Source: Fidelibacterota bacterium
GTDB lineage: Bacteria > Fidelibacterota > JAANXI01
Reading direction: 5' to 3'
DNA length: 64,000 nucleotides
Assembly (NCBI GenBank): GCA_021734025.1
Contig: JAIPJS010000005.1
Span: 2,112 to 66,111, forward strand
A model generated the notes under the pieces. The model did no database searches and was not told the DNA's origin. It saw nothing but the letters and a program-made list of their open reading frames with translations. Below are positions 47,814-57,655 of this stretch, piece by piece. Every line of letters starts with the position of its first letter. Positions within the stretch are counted from its first letter, which is position 1. The position numbers and the translations under genes were made by a program.

Positions 47814-48233
47814 TTACAACTCCTCCTCGTTCATTTTTAAATATTGACCGATAGAAAACGCAATTTCAGGAAATGCGTCGAGTACTTGTTGGTCCTCCGT
47901 GACCAGGGGCGCCCCGACATCTTTGGCCAGAGACACAAATTCGCAATCGTAGGCGGAGCAATCCGAATGACTTGCGAGTTGCAGTATCGATGCGGTGTCA
48001 ACACTATATTCCAGTCCATGGAATCTGTTTTGCGCCAGCTCGAATATCTCCAGCGATTGGTTCAAATCGAGAATTTCTTTCCGGATATACATTGTCAGAA
48101 TACTGCGAAACTCGCTCCGCCAGAGTATCGGCACGCCCCATTCGTGATCCAACCGGTGTAAGGCTTGTGCGCTTTCGGTTTTGACAGAATGCAGGTAAAA
48201 ATAGGCGATAACATTCGTGTCGACAACGATCAT
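47814..48233 (-). CDS. vapC: PIN-domain toxin (VapC-like)
   Basis: MIVVDTNVIAYFY... with PIN acidic residues. It overlaps the upstream RHH gene by 4 nt. Confidence 0.7.
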   Translation of the reverse strand: MIVVDTNVIAYFYLHSVKTESAQALHRLDHEWGVPILWRSEFRSILTMYIRKEILDLNQSLEIFELAQNRFHGLEYSVDTASILQLASHSDCSAYDCEFVSLAKDVGAPLVTEDQQVLDAFPEIAFSIGQYLKMNEEEL

Positions 48234-48472
48234 GGGCGGCCGTGTGCTTTAGCATCGGCAATTTCTTTTGGGGTCAGGGTGTGAGACTCCGTTCGTTGCC
48301 GAAATTTTTGCGCGCTTTCCAGATGTTCCTCGGGATCGAACGGCCGTGCTTCCACAGCCTGTGATAAGCAATGAATGATCTCTTTATTTACGCTGCGTCG
48401 ATGGGATTTGGCATGATCCCGGATCTTCTCGTACAGGTCATCAGGAATATTTTTTACCGTGATATTTTTCAT
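48230..48472 (-). CDS. ribbon-helix-helix antitoxin (FitA/VapB-like)
   Basis: MKNITVKNIPDDLYEKIRDHAKSHRRSVNKEIIHCL is an RHH fold signature. Confidence 0.65.
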   Translation of the reverse strand: MKNITVKNIPDDLYEKIRDHAKSHRRSVNKEIIHCLSQAVEARPFDPEEHLESAQKFRQRTESHTLTPKEIADAKAHGRP

Positions 48473-48914
48473 GAAGAAAGGCCCTCACCTTTATGCCGGT
48501 TTCATTATGGAACCAATTTGGAAATTTTTAGGGTGAGTGTCAAGAATTCAGTGGGGTACTGTTACTGCGGTTGAGGGCCCAGAGCCATCAGTCTCCGGTC
48601 AAAGATAGTGAGATGTGATTCGCCGCAGGTGAATTCAGATGTGAAAAACGCATTACGCACTGCGTATTACGTTTTGACAATGTTGTGGTTTGAAAGTTGT
48701 GAGAACTGGTTGGTAGTCCCCTCTTTAGAGGGCCATTCTGTTGGTTGTTAGTGGTTTGTAGTTCGTTGACCTGAGAAGAAAATGCTACTTGTATAAGTTT
48801 CCATTGATCTTTACGGCTCGATATTTTTTCACAACAAACAACGAACCACGAACAACTAACATTTTTTCCGGTTTCAGGATTTCCCCCTATACCTTATACC
48901 CTATTCCCCCATAC

Positions 48915-49889
48915 CTATCCGTTTAAAAGTCTCGCCGCCTCCTGAGCAAAGTACGTCAAAATCAAATCCGCCCCGGCGCGCTTGATGGACGTCAGAGTTT
49001 CCAGCATTACCTTGTCCCCGTCCACCCAGCCGTTCTGTGCTGCGGCTTTAATCATGGCAAATTCACCGCTGACATTGTAAGCCGCTGTCGGCATTGCGAA
49101 GGTATCCTTTACTTGTCGGATGATGTCCAGATACGGAAGCGCCGGCTTCACCATCACAATGTCTGCGCCTTCCCGGATGTCCAGTTCCACTTCGCGGAGT
49201 GCTTCATCGGCATTTGGCGGATCCATCTGGTAGGACCGGCGGTCGCCAAACTGCGGCGGTGATTCCGCGGCATCCCGGAACGGACCGTAATAATTCGAGG
49301 CAAACTTGGCAGAATATGCCATCACTGGAATGTCGTCGAAGCCATTCTCATCCAGCGCTTCGCGGATGTAGCCGATACGTCCGTCCATCATATCCGACGG
49401 CGCGACCATGTCGGCGCCGGCTTCGGCGTGGCTCAGCGCCTCTTTGGCGAGCAGCTCCAGTGTGGGATCGTTGGCGACATCCTGGTTCTCGATGACGCCG
49501 CAGTGCCCGTGATCCGTGTACTCGCACATGCAGACGTCGGTGATGAGGTAGAGTTCCGGCACTGCTTCCTTGATCTCCCGGAGCGCCCGCTGGACGATAC
49601 CATCTTTGGCATATGCTTCTGAGCCGATTTCGTCTTTTTCCTCCGGAATACCAAAGAGGATAATCGCCGGGACACCAAGATCGAAAGTTTCCTGGCTGAC
49701 CTTCACAGCTTCATCGATAGACAGTTGATATTGCCCCGGCATACTGGGGATTTCGTTCTTTATGCCTTCGCCTGGACGGACAAAGATCGGATAGATAAAA
49801 TCGTCCGGTGAAATGTGAGTTTCTCTGAACATCCGGCGGATGGTTTCGTTTTTGCGTAAGCGGCGCATGCGGGTGATTGGGAAATTCAT
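48915..49889 (-). CDS. hemB: porphobilinogen synthase (delta-aminolevulinate dehydratase)
   Basis: RRLR...IYPIFV N-terminus and the active-site lysines context (...[11 protein letters not shown]..., ...[11 protein letters not shown]...). Confidence 0.9.
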   Translation of the reverse strand: MNFPITRMRRLRKNETIRRMFRETHISPDDFIYPIFVRPGEGIKNEIPSMPGQYQLSIDEAVKVSQETFDLGVPAIILFGIPEEKDEIGSEAYAKDGIVQRALREIKEAVPELYLITDVCMCEYTDHGHCGVIENQDVANDPTLELLAKEALSHAEAGADMVAPSDMMDGRIGYIREALDENGFDDIPVMAYSAKFASNYYGPFRDAAESPPQFGDRRSYQMDPPNADEALREVELDIREGADIVMVKPALPYLDIIRQVKDTFAMPTAAYNVSGEFAMIKAAAQNGWVDGDKVMLETLTSIKRAGADLILTYFAQEAARLLNG

Positions 49890-49902
49890 AAAAACCTCAA
49901 AA

Positions 49903-49977
49903 GTGTTAGTGTGTTATGGTGTTCATGTGTTCAAGTTAAAAAAGCGTGTTAATGTGTTACCGTACCGTGTTATAGTT
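49903..49977. repeat. GTGTTANN period-8 tandem array (hemB upstream region)
   Basis: gtgttagt gtgttatg gtgttcat gtgttcaa ... gtgttaat gtgttacc ... gtgttata. Confidence 0.55.
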
Positions 49978-50104
49978 AAAGCCGGTCGGACGCCCAGTGT
50001 CCACAGTCACTTCACGTGTTGGTAGTTCCCGCTTTAGCGGGTATTTGTTCGTTTTTCGTAGTTTGTGATTCGTTGTATTCTTTTATTTTCGGTGTCTTTC
50101 CGTT

Positions 50105-51544
50105 TTATTTAATCTGTTTTTCTTTTCTCTGCGTCTCTGCGGTGGAATCCGTTTTTGTTTTCAGGTACTCATAAATTGCTTCCGCGCGCGGTTCAGAGTG
50201 CTTAATACAGTCCGCCACACTGATGCCGCCCCGATGATTCCCGGTGATGAACAGGCCGGGATGGTTCTCCTCGAAGGTCTCCATCCGGGCTTCGCGTTCC
50301 AGGTGCCCCAGCGTGTATTGGGGAATGGCCTTTGGCCAGCGGCGGATAAAGAGTTTTTCCGGTCGTGCTTCGACACCCATAAGAATGGCAAAATCTTCAC
50401 GCATCTGCTGCAAAAGTTCTTCGTCGGATAGCTCTAACTTCTCTGGTTGTCGTCTGCCGCCGACGAATGTGGTGAAGGAGACTTTGCCCTCCGGCGCCCG
50501 GTTCTCGAAGACCGTCGTGGACCAAATAGTGCCAAGGATATTCATTTCCTCCTTCTCCGGAATCAGGTAGCCGAATCCGTCCAAATCAATGGGCACGTCT
50601 TTCTTGTCAAAGGCGCTGTACATCATAATTGCCTTGGCATACGGAATAGCGTCCAGCGCGGCAGCGGTCTCGTTATCCAGATCCCGGATAAACTCCGACG
50701 CCACATACGCAGGTACCGCAAACAGTACAGAATCCGCACTTACTTCACGCGATTCACCATCTTTGGAATAGGTAACTTGCCATTCATCGTCACCTGATGC
50801 AACGCTTTGCACTTCAACGCCCGTTTCGATGGAATCCGCCAGTTCACTTCCCAGCGATTCGGTGAGCGTTCCGAGTCCGTTCCGGAAGGAGAACATCTGG
50901 GCGCTCTGTTTGGACTCCTCGCCCTCTTCCAGCCGCTTTTTTCGCTCACGGCGTCCTTTAATGACGCCCTTGAAGATTCCGCCGTAATTCTCCTCCAATG
51001 CAGCCAGCTTCGGGAACGCAGCTTTCACCGACAGTTCTTTGGGATCGCCGGCGAACACGCCTGCCACGAACGGATTGATAGCGTAATCCAGAAATTCCGG
51101 GCCCAGGCGACGGCTCACAAATTCGGCCACGGTCTCCTCTTTATCCTCCGGTGCTTTGCCAATGAACAGTTCGAGAGGCACTCGCCACTTGGCCTTCCGG
51201 CTGAACAGTTTTGTCTTAAAAAATTTCAGCGGAGCCATAGGCAACGGATGCAACTCTTTGTCCCGTACGATGTAGCGGTTGTTGGCTTCGTCGTTGGCGT
51301 AGATCATCTGATCTTCCAGTCCCAGCGATTCCACCAGCTTTCCGATCACCGGATTCGTCTCCATCCCGCTGTTCGGCCCGTGCTCGATGATAAATCCGTC
51401 TTCCCGCGTGGTCTGGATAGAACCGCCGATCCGGTCGGCCTTCTCCAGGATTTGTACCGAATGTCCCTGTTGTTTCAGCCAATAGGCCGCAGATAGTCCC
51501 GATACTCCGGCTCCGATGACAACGACGTCCACGTGTTCATTCAT
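50105..51544 (-). CDS. hemY: protoporphyrinogen/coproporphyrinogen III oxidase, HemY/CgoX family (FAD-dependent)
   Basis: VVVIGAGVSGLSAAYWL dinucleotide-binding motif. 479-aa HemY architecture. Confidence 0.8.
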   Translation of the reverse strand: MNEHVDVVVIGAGVSGLSAAYWLKQQGHSVQILEKADRIGGSIQTTREDGFIIEHGPNSGMETNPVIGKLVESLGLEDQMIYANDEANNRYIVRDKELHPLPMAPLKFFKTKLFSRKAKWRVPLELFIGKAPEDKEETVAEFVSRRLGPEFLDYAINPFVAGVFAGDPKELSVKAAFPKLAALEENYGGIFKGVIKGRRERKKRLEEGEESKQSAQMFSFRNGLGTLTESLGSELADSIETGVEVQSVASGDDEWQVTYSKDGESREVSADSVLFAVPAYVASEFIRDLDNETAAALDAIPYAKAIMMYSAFDKKDVPIDLDGFGYLIPEKEEMNILGTIWSTTVFENRAPEGKVSFTTFVGGRRQPEKLELSDEELLQQMREDFAILMGVEARPEKLFIRRWPKAIPQYTLGHLEREARMETFEENHPGLFITGNHRGGISVADCIKHSEPRAEAIYEYLKTKTDSTAETQRKEKQIK

Positions 51545-52560
51545 TTTTCGATCTCCTCAAGTACCCGTTGTGCAAGCGCGTCGATAAATTCCGGGGAGTC
51601 ATTCAGCGCCGGCATCACGTGGTAGTGTTCTATCCCGGCATCTTCAGCAATCTCACGATCCTGAATATTCAGTTCGTGCAGCGTCTCCAGATGATCACTG
51701 ACAAACGCCACCGGCACCACCAACAGATGCTTGACTCCTTCTTCACCCAATTGCTCTAACTTATCTATGGTCGAGGGCTGTAGCCACTTCTGCGGACCGA
51801 CCTTGCTTTGATAGCTGATATGGTGTGGATAATCTGTGGATAACCCGTCCATTACGTGTTTGACAGTGGTTTCGATGTGATCTTGGTAGGGATCACCGGA
51901 TTTGATTACCTTTAACGGCACACCGTGCGCGGAAAAGAGCAAATGCAGCGGCTCATCCGTCTCGCAACACCCGTCGATAGTGCGTTCCACTTGGTTGACC
52001 ATGGCATCGATATATGGCTGATAGTCGGGATACGCACGAATCGCATCGCTGGGTAAATCGGACAGTTTTGTGCCATTTGTCACACGTTCCCACTCCTTGA
52101 AGCTGCTGCCGGAAGTGGTTTTGGAGTAGTGTGGATAAAGTGGGAGTAAAACAAGGCGATCCACATCGGCGGCTTTCACTTGCTCAGCTGTTTCTTCGGT
52201 CAGCGGGTGCCAGTAGCGCATGGCAACGAAGGCGTGGTAATCCCGCCCCGGATCGCGCTTACGGAGTTCGTCCCGGAGCAACTCCGCCTGCTTGTTGGTG
52301 ATCTCCCGGATTGGCGAAGGGCCGCCCATTTCGCGGTACAGCTCCTCCACCTCCTCGCTCCGTCGGCTACTGATAAACTTCGCCAGCGGCTTCCTGAGCA
52401 GAAAACCGAGCGGTATATCAATGATATCCGGGTCGTTGAACAGGTTGTTCAGGAAGGGTTCGACGGCGGCGTAACTATCCGGCCCGCCGAGCTGGAAAAG
52501 TACAACACCGACTGATTCTTTTTTTTGTGTGTCTGGGGATTTATGAGTTTTGGGTTCCAT
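51541..52560 (-). CDS. hemH: ferrochelatase
   Basis: GVVLFQLGGPDS..., LLPLYPHYS, and ...SAHGVP... are conserved ferrochelatase motifs. Confidence 0.85.
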   Translation of the reverse strand: MEPKTHKSPDTQKKESVGVVLFQLGGPDSYAAVEPFLNNLFNDPDIIDIPLGFLLRKPLAKFISSRRSEEVEELYREMGGPSPIREITNKQAELLRDELRKRDPGRDYHAFVAMRYWHPLTEETAEQVKAADVDRLVLLPLYPHYSKTTSGSSFKEWERVTNGTKLSDLPSDAIRAYPDYQPYIDAMVNQVERTIDGCCETDEPLHLLFSAHGVPLKVIKSGDPYQDHIETTVKHVMDGLSTDYPHHISYQSKVGPQKWLQPSTIDKLEQLGEEGVKHLLVVPVAFVSDHLETLHELNIQDREIAEDAGIEHYHVMPALNDSPEFIDALAQRVLEEIEK

Positions 52561-52583
52561 GCAGCCCTTTAGCTAATAACGAC

Positions 52584-52616
52584 GTGTTATTGTGTTATAG
52601 TGTTAGCGTGTTATAG
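52584..52616. repeat. GTGTTANN period-8 tandem array (between hemH start and four-helix-bundle gene)
   Basis: gtgttatt gtgttata gtgttagc gtgttata. Confidence 0.55.
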
Positions 52617-52635
52617 TTCTGCGTTTCCTTAACAT

Positions 52636-53109
52636 TTATATAGTGTCAGGGTCAATGAAATTTTCAGGGATCGAGTAAGAGGCGTTAAGAGTTCCTTCAA
52701 CTGAGTATTCAGATTCGGGTTCTTTAACACTGCCCCCCGGTCTGTCGTAATTTTTAAGATATCGTACCAAACCGAAAATTAATTTCCGGACATTATTAGT
52801 CGATACCGAAATAATTGAAAACTGCTCCTTGGTGATGTAATTTTGGTCCAATGCGATATATAATTGACTCTTCAACTCTGAAGCAGAGCTTTGTGCAATG
52901 TCAAGAAAACGAACGAACTCTTTTTTGTGATATCTCCCAAATCCCTCGGCAATATTCGACATTATTGAGATTGCAGCGCGTCTTGTTTGATTTTTCAACT
53001 CAAAGTCCCGACTGAAATCACCGTCATTTGAAATGGAATATATTTCATTAACTAATTCCCGCGATTTCTGCCAACAAATCAGTTCCTCAAAATCCTGAAT
53101 CTTAGGCAT
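52636..53109 (-). CDS. four-helix-bundle protein (the family often encoded in 23S rRNA intervening sequences)
   Basis: MPKIQDFEELICWQKSRELVNEIY...AAISIMSNIAEGFGR...SASELKSQLYIALDQNYI is characteristic of this family. Confidence 0.7.
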   Translation of the reverse strand: MPKIQDFEELICWQKSRELVNEIYSISNDGDFSRDFELKNQTRRAAISIMSNIAEGFGRYHKKEFVRFLDIAQSSASELKSQLYIALDQNYITKEQFSIISVSTNNVRKLIFGLVRYLKNYDRPGGSVKEPESEYSVEGTLNASYSIPENFIDPDTI

Positions 53110-53148
53110 TTTATTATCCTAACCTCGACTTTGTGCTCCGGTTTTTAA

Positions 53149-53192
53149 CTATAACACAGTAACACAATAACACTTTAACACTACCGTCACAC
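53149..53192. repeat. GTGTTANN array, inverted copy (TAACAC orientation) upstream of four-helix-bundle gene
   Basis: ctataacacagtaacacaataacactttaacactacc. Confidence 0.55.
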
Positions 53193-54590
53193 TGTACGCG
53201 AATACGTCGGCGTCTCCTCTTCCTTCTCCCGTTTGAGATACGAATCAAACGTCATCGCGATATTGCGGATGAGCAGGCGACCAAGTGGTTTGACCTTAAT
53301 GACATCTCCCTGGTATTCCACGAGATCGTCGGCGATGAATGGCTCGAGCTCGGGCAGATTAGCGGCAAAATAATCACCGAAATCGATGCCATATGCTTTC
53401 TCTACTTCACTGGGATGGAGTTCGAAGTCGCACATCAGCCGGGTGATGACCCAGCGGCGAATCTGATCGTCCCGGTTGAGTTCGTAACCCTTGAATACCG
53501 GCAGGCGACCCTCGGAAATCCGCTGGTAATAGGCGGAGTTCTCCTTAACGTTCTGCGCGTAAACGTCCTGCGTCTGGCTGATGCTGGTCATGCCGAGCGC
53601 GTAGAGATCAAGCCCGGCTCTGGTTGAGTAGCCCTGGAAATTCCGGTAAAGTTTTCGTTCCTGCTGGGCAAGGGTGAGTTCGTCGTCCGGTTTTGCAAAG
53701 TGATCCATACCGATAAAGACGTAGCCGGCATCGGTGAACTTGTCGATAGCCATTTTGATTATCTGGAGTTTGGTCTCCGCAGTGGGGAGCCAATCCTTCT
53801 TGAAATAATTCTGGTGCGGCTTCAGCCACGGAACGTGCGCGTAATTGAACAGCGCAATCCGCTCGGGGCTGATATCGATGATAGAATCCACCGTCCGCTC
53901 GAAGCGTTCCGGCGTCTGGTGCGGTAGTCCATAGATGAGATCGATGTTCAAGCTCTGGTAGCCAAGTTCCCTCAACGAATTGAAGTGCCGGCGGGTCAAC
54001 TCTTCCGGCTGAATGCGGTGGACGGTCTTCTGTACCAGCGGATCGAAGTCCTGTACGCCCATGCTGGCGCGGTTGAATCCCATCTCCCGGAGCGCCTGGA
54101 GCCTGTCGTAGGTCAACTCCCTGGGATCGATCTCCACTCCAGCCTCGATATCATCGGAAAATTCGAAGCGTTCACGAATGTACCCCATAATATCGCGGAT
54201 CTGATCCGCGGTGAGATACGTCGGCGTTCCGCCGCCCCACTGGAACTGCCGGACTTTCCGGGTGCGATTCTCCGGCAGATACGACGCCAGCATATCGATC
54301 TCTTTCTTCAGATATTCGATATATTCGTCGATCTTCGCCGGCGTTCTTGTGATAATCACATTGCATCCACAATAGAGACAGAGCGAATCGCAGAACGGGA
54401 AGTGGAAATAGAGCGACAGATCCGGCGCGTCCTTCCTGGCGTTTGATTCCCGCAACTCCTCATCCCACGACTCCTCGTCGAATCCCTCGTGAAAGTGCGG
54501 CGCAGTGGGATAGCTGGTGTATCGCGGGCCGGGTTTGTCGTACTTCTTCAGTAAATCTATATCGACGATGACGTCTTGGTTGACACTCAT
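53187..54590 (-). CDS. hemN: oxygen-independent coproporphyrinogen III oxidase (radical SAM)
   Basis: Radical-SAM CxxxCxxC as FCDSLCLYCGCN. 467-aa HemN length. Confidence 0.85.
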   Translation of the reverse strand: MSVNQDVIVDIDLLKKYDKPGPRYTSYPTAPHFHEGFDEESWDEELRESNARKDAPDLSLYFHFPFCDSLCLYCGCNVIITRTPAKIDEYIEYLKKEIDMLASYLPENRTRKVRQFQWGGGTPTYLTADQIRDIMGYIRERFEFSDDIEAGVEIDPRELTYDRLQALREMGFNRASMGVQDFDPLVQKTVHRIQPEELTRRHFNSLRELGYQSLNIDLIYGLPHQTPERFERTVDSIIDISPERIALFNYAHVPWLKPHQNYFKKDWLPTAETKLQIIKMAIDKFTDAGYVFIGMDHFAKPDDELTLAQQERKLYRNFQGYSTRAGLDLYALGMTSISQTQDVYAQNVKENSAYYQRISEGRLPVFKGYELNRDDQIRRWVITRLMCDFELHPSEVEKAYGIDFGDYFAANLPELEPFIADDLVEYQGDVIKVKPLGRLLIRNIAMTFDSYLKREKEEETPTYSRTV

Positions 54591-54740
54591 TTTATAAACT
54601 CCACTTTTACCGCTGAGAACACAGAAGAAATATATTTGTAGCCACCAAGACTCAAAGACACTAAGAACAGATTTATACTATTTTTAGCCATATTTTTGTC
54701 TTTCTCTGCGATCTTTGCGTTCTCTGCGGTGAAATTTTTT

Positions 54741-55781
54741 CTATTTGTAGTTTTTCACTGCATCCACAAACGTCCTCGCGTTTTCCACCGGTACATTGGG
54801 CGTTATACCGTGGCCCAGGTTGACGATGTGCCCCGGGCCATCGCCGTAGGAATCCAGCATTTTCCGGGTTTCGGTTTCGATGGTCGCCGGATCGGTGAGC
54901 AGAATCGCGGGATCGAGATTGCCCTGCAGCGCAACTTTGTCACCGACCTCTTCTCTGGCATCTCCGAGGTCTATCATCCAGTCCAGACTGAGTACGTCGG
55001 CACCAGTTGCTGCCAGAGATGGTAGATGTGTCCGGGCTCCCTTGCTGAAGACCGTCACCGGCGTCTCCGGGTGGCGTGCTTTTATTCCCTCGACAATAGT
55101 TGTAACAGGTTCAAGCGCGAATTCCTTAAATGCGGCCGGAGTTAAAATTCCGCCCCATGAATCGAAGATCTGCACGATGTCCGCCCCGGCCTGTATTTGC
55201 ATGTCGAGGTATTCGATGGTTTCGACCACCAGTTTGTCCAACATGGATTTCAGTAGTTCCGGTTGGGAGTAGAGCAGCTTTTTCACCACCTTGAAATGCT
55301 TGGACGAACCGCCTTCAACCATGTACGTCGCCAGCGTCCAAGGGGCTCCGGTAAAACCGATAACCGGTACCCGTCCATCGAGTTGACGGACTGTTTCCTC
55401 AATGGCTTTGCCTACGTATTCCAACTCCGGAAGAATTCCGCTACGGAGATCATCAACATTCTTATCGTTCCGTACCGGATTATGAAAGACCGGACCGCGA
55501 CCGGAGACGAACTCCAGATCCAGTCCCATGGCTTCGGGAATCGTAAGGATATCGGAAAAAATAATCGCCGCATCCACACCAACGATATCCACCGGCTGGA
55601 TGGTTACCTCCGCCGCCAGTTCCGGCGTTTTGCACATGGTCAGAAAATCTGCCTTTTCCCGGACTGCCCGGTACTCCGGCAGATACCGCCCAGCCTGGCG
55701 CATCATCCAGACTGGACGACGTTCGGTTTGTTCTCGTTTTGCGGCTTGTAAAATTAAATCGTTCTGTAAGTTTTTTGACAT
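54741..55781 (-). CDS. hemE: uroporphyrinogen decarboxylase
   Basis: N-terminal ...RPVWMMRQAGRYLPEY... is the HemE signature. Confidence 0.9.
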   Translation of the reverse strand: MSKNLQNDLILQAAKREQTERRPVWMMRQAGRYLPEYRAVREKADFLTMCKTPELAAEVTIQPVDIVGVDAAIIFSDILTIPEAMGLDLEFVSGRGPVFHNPVRNDKNVDDLRSGILPELEYVGKAIEETVRQLDGRVPVIGFTGAPWTLATYMVEGGSSKHFKVVKKLLYSQPELLKSMLDKLVVETIEYLDMQIQAGADIVQIFDSWGGILTPAAFKEFALEPVTTIVEGIKARHPETPVTVFSKGARTHLPSLAATGADVLSLDWMIDLGDAREEVGDKVALQGNLDPAILLTDPATIETETRKMLDSYGDGPGHIVNLGHGITPNVPVENARTFVDAVKNYK

Positions 55782-55790
55782 TTAAAAACC

Positions 55791-55827
55791 GTGTTATAGT
55801 GTTAGCGTGTTACTGTGTTTTAGTTGT
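55791..55827. repeat. GTGTTANN period-8 tandem array (hemE upstream / hemD downstream)
   Basis: gtgttata gtgttagc gtgttact gtgtttta. Confidence 0.55.
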
Positions 55828-55896
55828 TGAAGTCTTTTCCATCTTCATTCATACTTCTTGGCGCTTTTGCGAGAATCTTTCAGTGTATTTCGGTGT

Positions 55897-56715
55897 TTAA
55901 AGAGTTTTTCTCCGTGACCTCTGCGTCTCAGCGGTAAATTTTTTATGTTTCGAAATTTCTTCCAGCATGTGCTCAACCGTATATTCCTCCGGAACGACCG
56001 CAACCTCAACTCCCGCCGACTCGATTGCTTCTGCCGTGATCGGCCCAATGGCGGCAATTATGGATTGGTTGATGAGTTCGCCCGGTGATTCAGCGGTTTC
56101 CGCCAACAATTCATAGAAATTTTCGAAGGTCGACGGACTGGTAAAGGTCAGATAGTCAACAGAGCCGTCTCTGAGCAGGGGGATCAACCCAGAGGCGGCT
56201 TCTGAATCCGGTGATACGTTGCGGTATGCTTCCAGCCTGGTAACTTCAGCACCGTGCGACTTCAGCCCTTCTTCCAGCGTCCTCCGCCCTTTATTTCCGG
56301 TTACCTGCAAAAAGCGCTTTCCATCGATATTCTTCTTCGCGAAGTATTCGAGCAATCCCTCTGCAGAGAAGTCCTCCGGAACGACATCAACTTCGATAGT
56401 GCTCTCTCGAAGCGCCTCGGCGGTTTTGCTTCCCACGGCGGCGATATTGGATTGTTTCAACCGGGATAATTCCGAAATGTTAGAGAGTCGAACAGTCAAA
56501 TGCTTTACACCGTTGGCACTTGAGAAAATTATCCAGTCATACTCTTCCAGAGTTTTGATAGCAGCATCAACCTCGTCCCAGATCTCCGGCGGCTCGATAG
56601 CGATTGTCGGAAAAATCACTGGCTCTCCGTCCATTTCCCGGATCAACTCAGCCATCTCAGAAGCTTTGGGCTGAGGCCTGGTCACCAATATGGTTGCTCC
56701 ATCCAGATTATTCAT
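55897..56715 (-). CDS. hemD: uroporphyrinogen-III synthase
   Basis: 272 aa with the HemD two-lobe pattern, located between hemC and hemE. Confidence 0.75.
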   Translation of the reverse strand: MNNLDGATILVTRPQPKASEMAELIREMDGEPVIFPTIAIEPPEIWDEVDAAIKTLEEYDWIIFSSANGVKHLTVRLSNISELSRLKQSNIAAVGSKTAEALRESTIEVDVVPEDFSAEGLLEYFAKKNIDGKRFLQVTGNKGRRTLEEGLKSHGAEVTRLEAYRNVSPDSEAASGLIPLLRDGSVDYLTFTSPSTFENFYELLAETAESPGELINQSIIAAIGPITAEAIESAGVEVAVVPEEYTVEHMLEEISKHKKFTAETQRSRRKTL

Positions 56716-57655
56716 TCGGTTCCAGCGCCTCGCGGACTTCCAGCAAGATTTCTTCGGCTCCGTCCTTCAGCAGCTGGTTGGCCAGTTGGATACCCAGCGA
56801 TGTGGCATCGTCCGGCGACCCGGAAATTTCACCGCGCACAGACTTGCTGCCGTCAAGTGCGCCTACGTAGCCTTGCAGGTTCACCTCACCGCCAATCACT
56901 TCGCCGTATGCACCGATGGGCACCTGGCAGCCGCCTTCCAGCTTCCGTAAAAATCCCCGTTCCGCGCGGGTACCGGCTTCGGTATCCGCGTCATTAATTG
57001 GCGCAACTATCGCTTTAATCTGGAAATCGTCGGAACGGGTTTCAATACCCAGCGCACCCTGTCCCACCGCCGGCAACATAATATCCTGGCTGATGGTCTC
57101 GGTGGCTTCGTCTTCCATCTCCAAACGGACCAAACCGGCTTTTGCCAGCACCATCCCGTGCCAGTCTGAGTCTTTCAGTTTCTGGATACGCGTTGGCACG
57201 TTACCGCGGATGTCATGAATAATGAAATCCGAGCGGTAATTCAGAAGTTGTGATTGCCGGCGCAAACTTCCGGTGGCGATGTGAGCGCCTTCCGGTAAAT
57301 CCGCCAGCAGAGTACCGCCTTTGGAAACAAGTACATCGCCGGGATCTTCGCGTTCGGAGATGGCAGAAATTGTGAGTCCCTCCGGTAAAACCGTTGGTAA
57401 ATCTTTTAAACTGTGGACGGCGAGATCGACAGTGCCGTCCAGCAGACGATCTTCCAGCGCTTTGGTGAACAGTCCCTTGCCGCCGATTTTTGAAAGCGCC
57501 GTATCAAGGATTTTATCTCCCTCGGTCTGAACAATCTGGATTTCTATGGAAAGTTCCGGGTGATGCTCTTCCAACTGGCTTTTCACCCAATTCGACTGCC
57601 AGAGCGCCAGATCGCTGCCCCGGCTGCCGATGATTAATGTATTATTATTACTCAT
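56708..57655 (-). CDS. hemC: hydroxymethylbilane synthase (porphobilinogen deaminase)
   Basis: IGSRGSDLALWQ...TEGDKILD..L..IGGKGLFTK. Confidence 0.9.
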   Translation of the reverse strand: MSNNNTLIIGSRGSDLALWQSNWVKSQLEEHHPELSIEIQIVQTEGDKILDTALSKIGGKGLFTKALEDRLLDGTVDLAVHSLKDLPTVLPEGLTISAISEREDPGDVLVSKGGTLLADLPEGAHIATGSLRRQSQLLNYRSDFIIHDIRGNVPTRIQKLKDSDWHGMVLAKAGLVRLEMEDEATETISQDIMLPAVGQGALGIETRSDDFQIKAIVAPINDADTEAGTRAERGFLRKLEGGCQVPIGAYGEVIGGEVNLQGYVGALDGSKSVRGEISGSPDDATSLGIQLANQLLKDGAEEILLEVREALEPNE

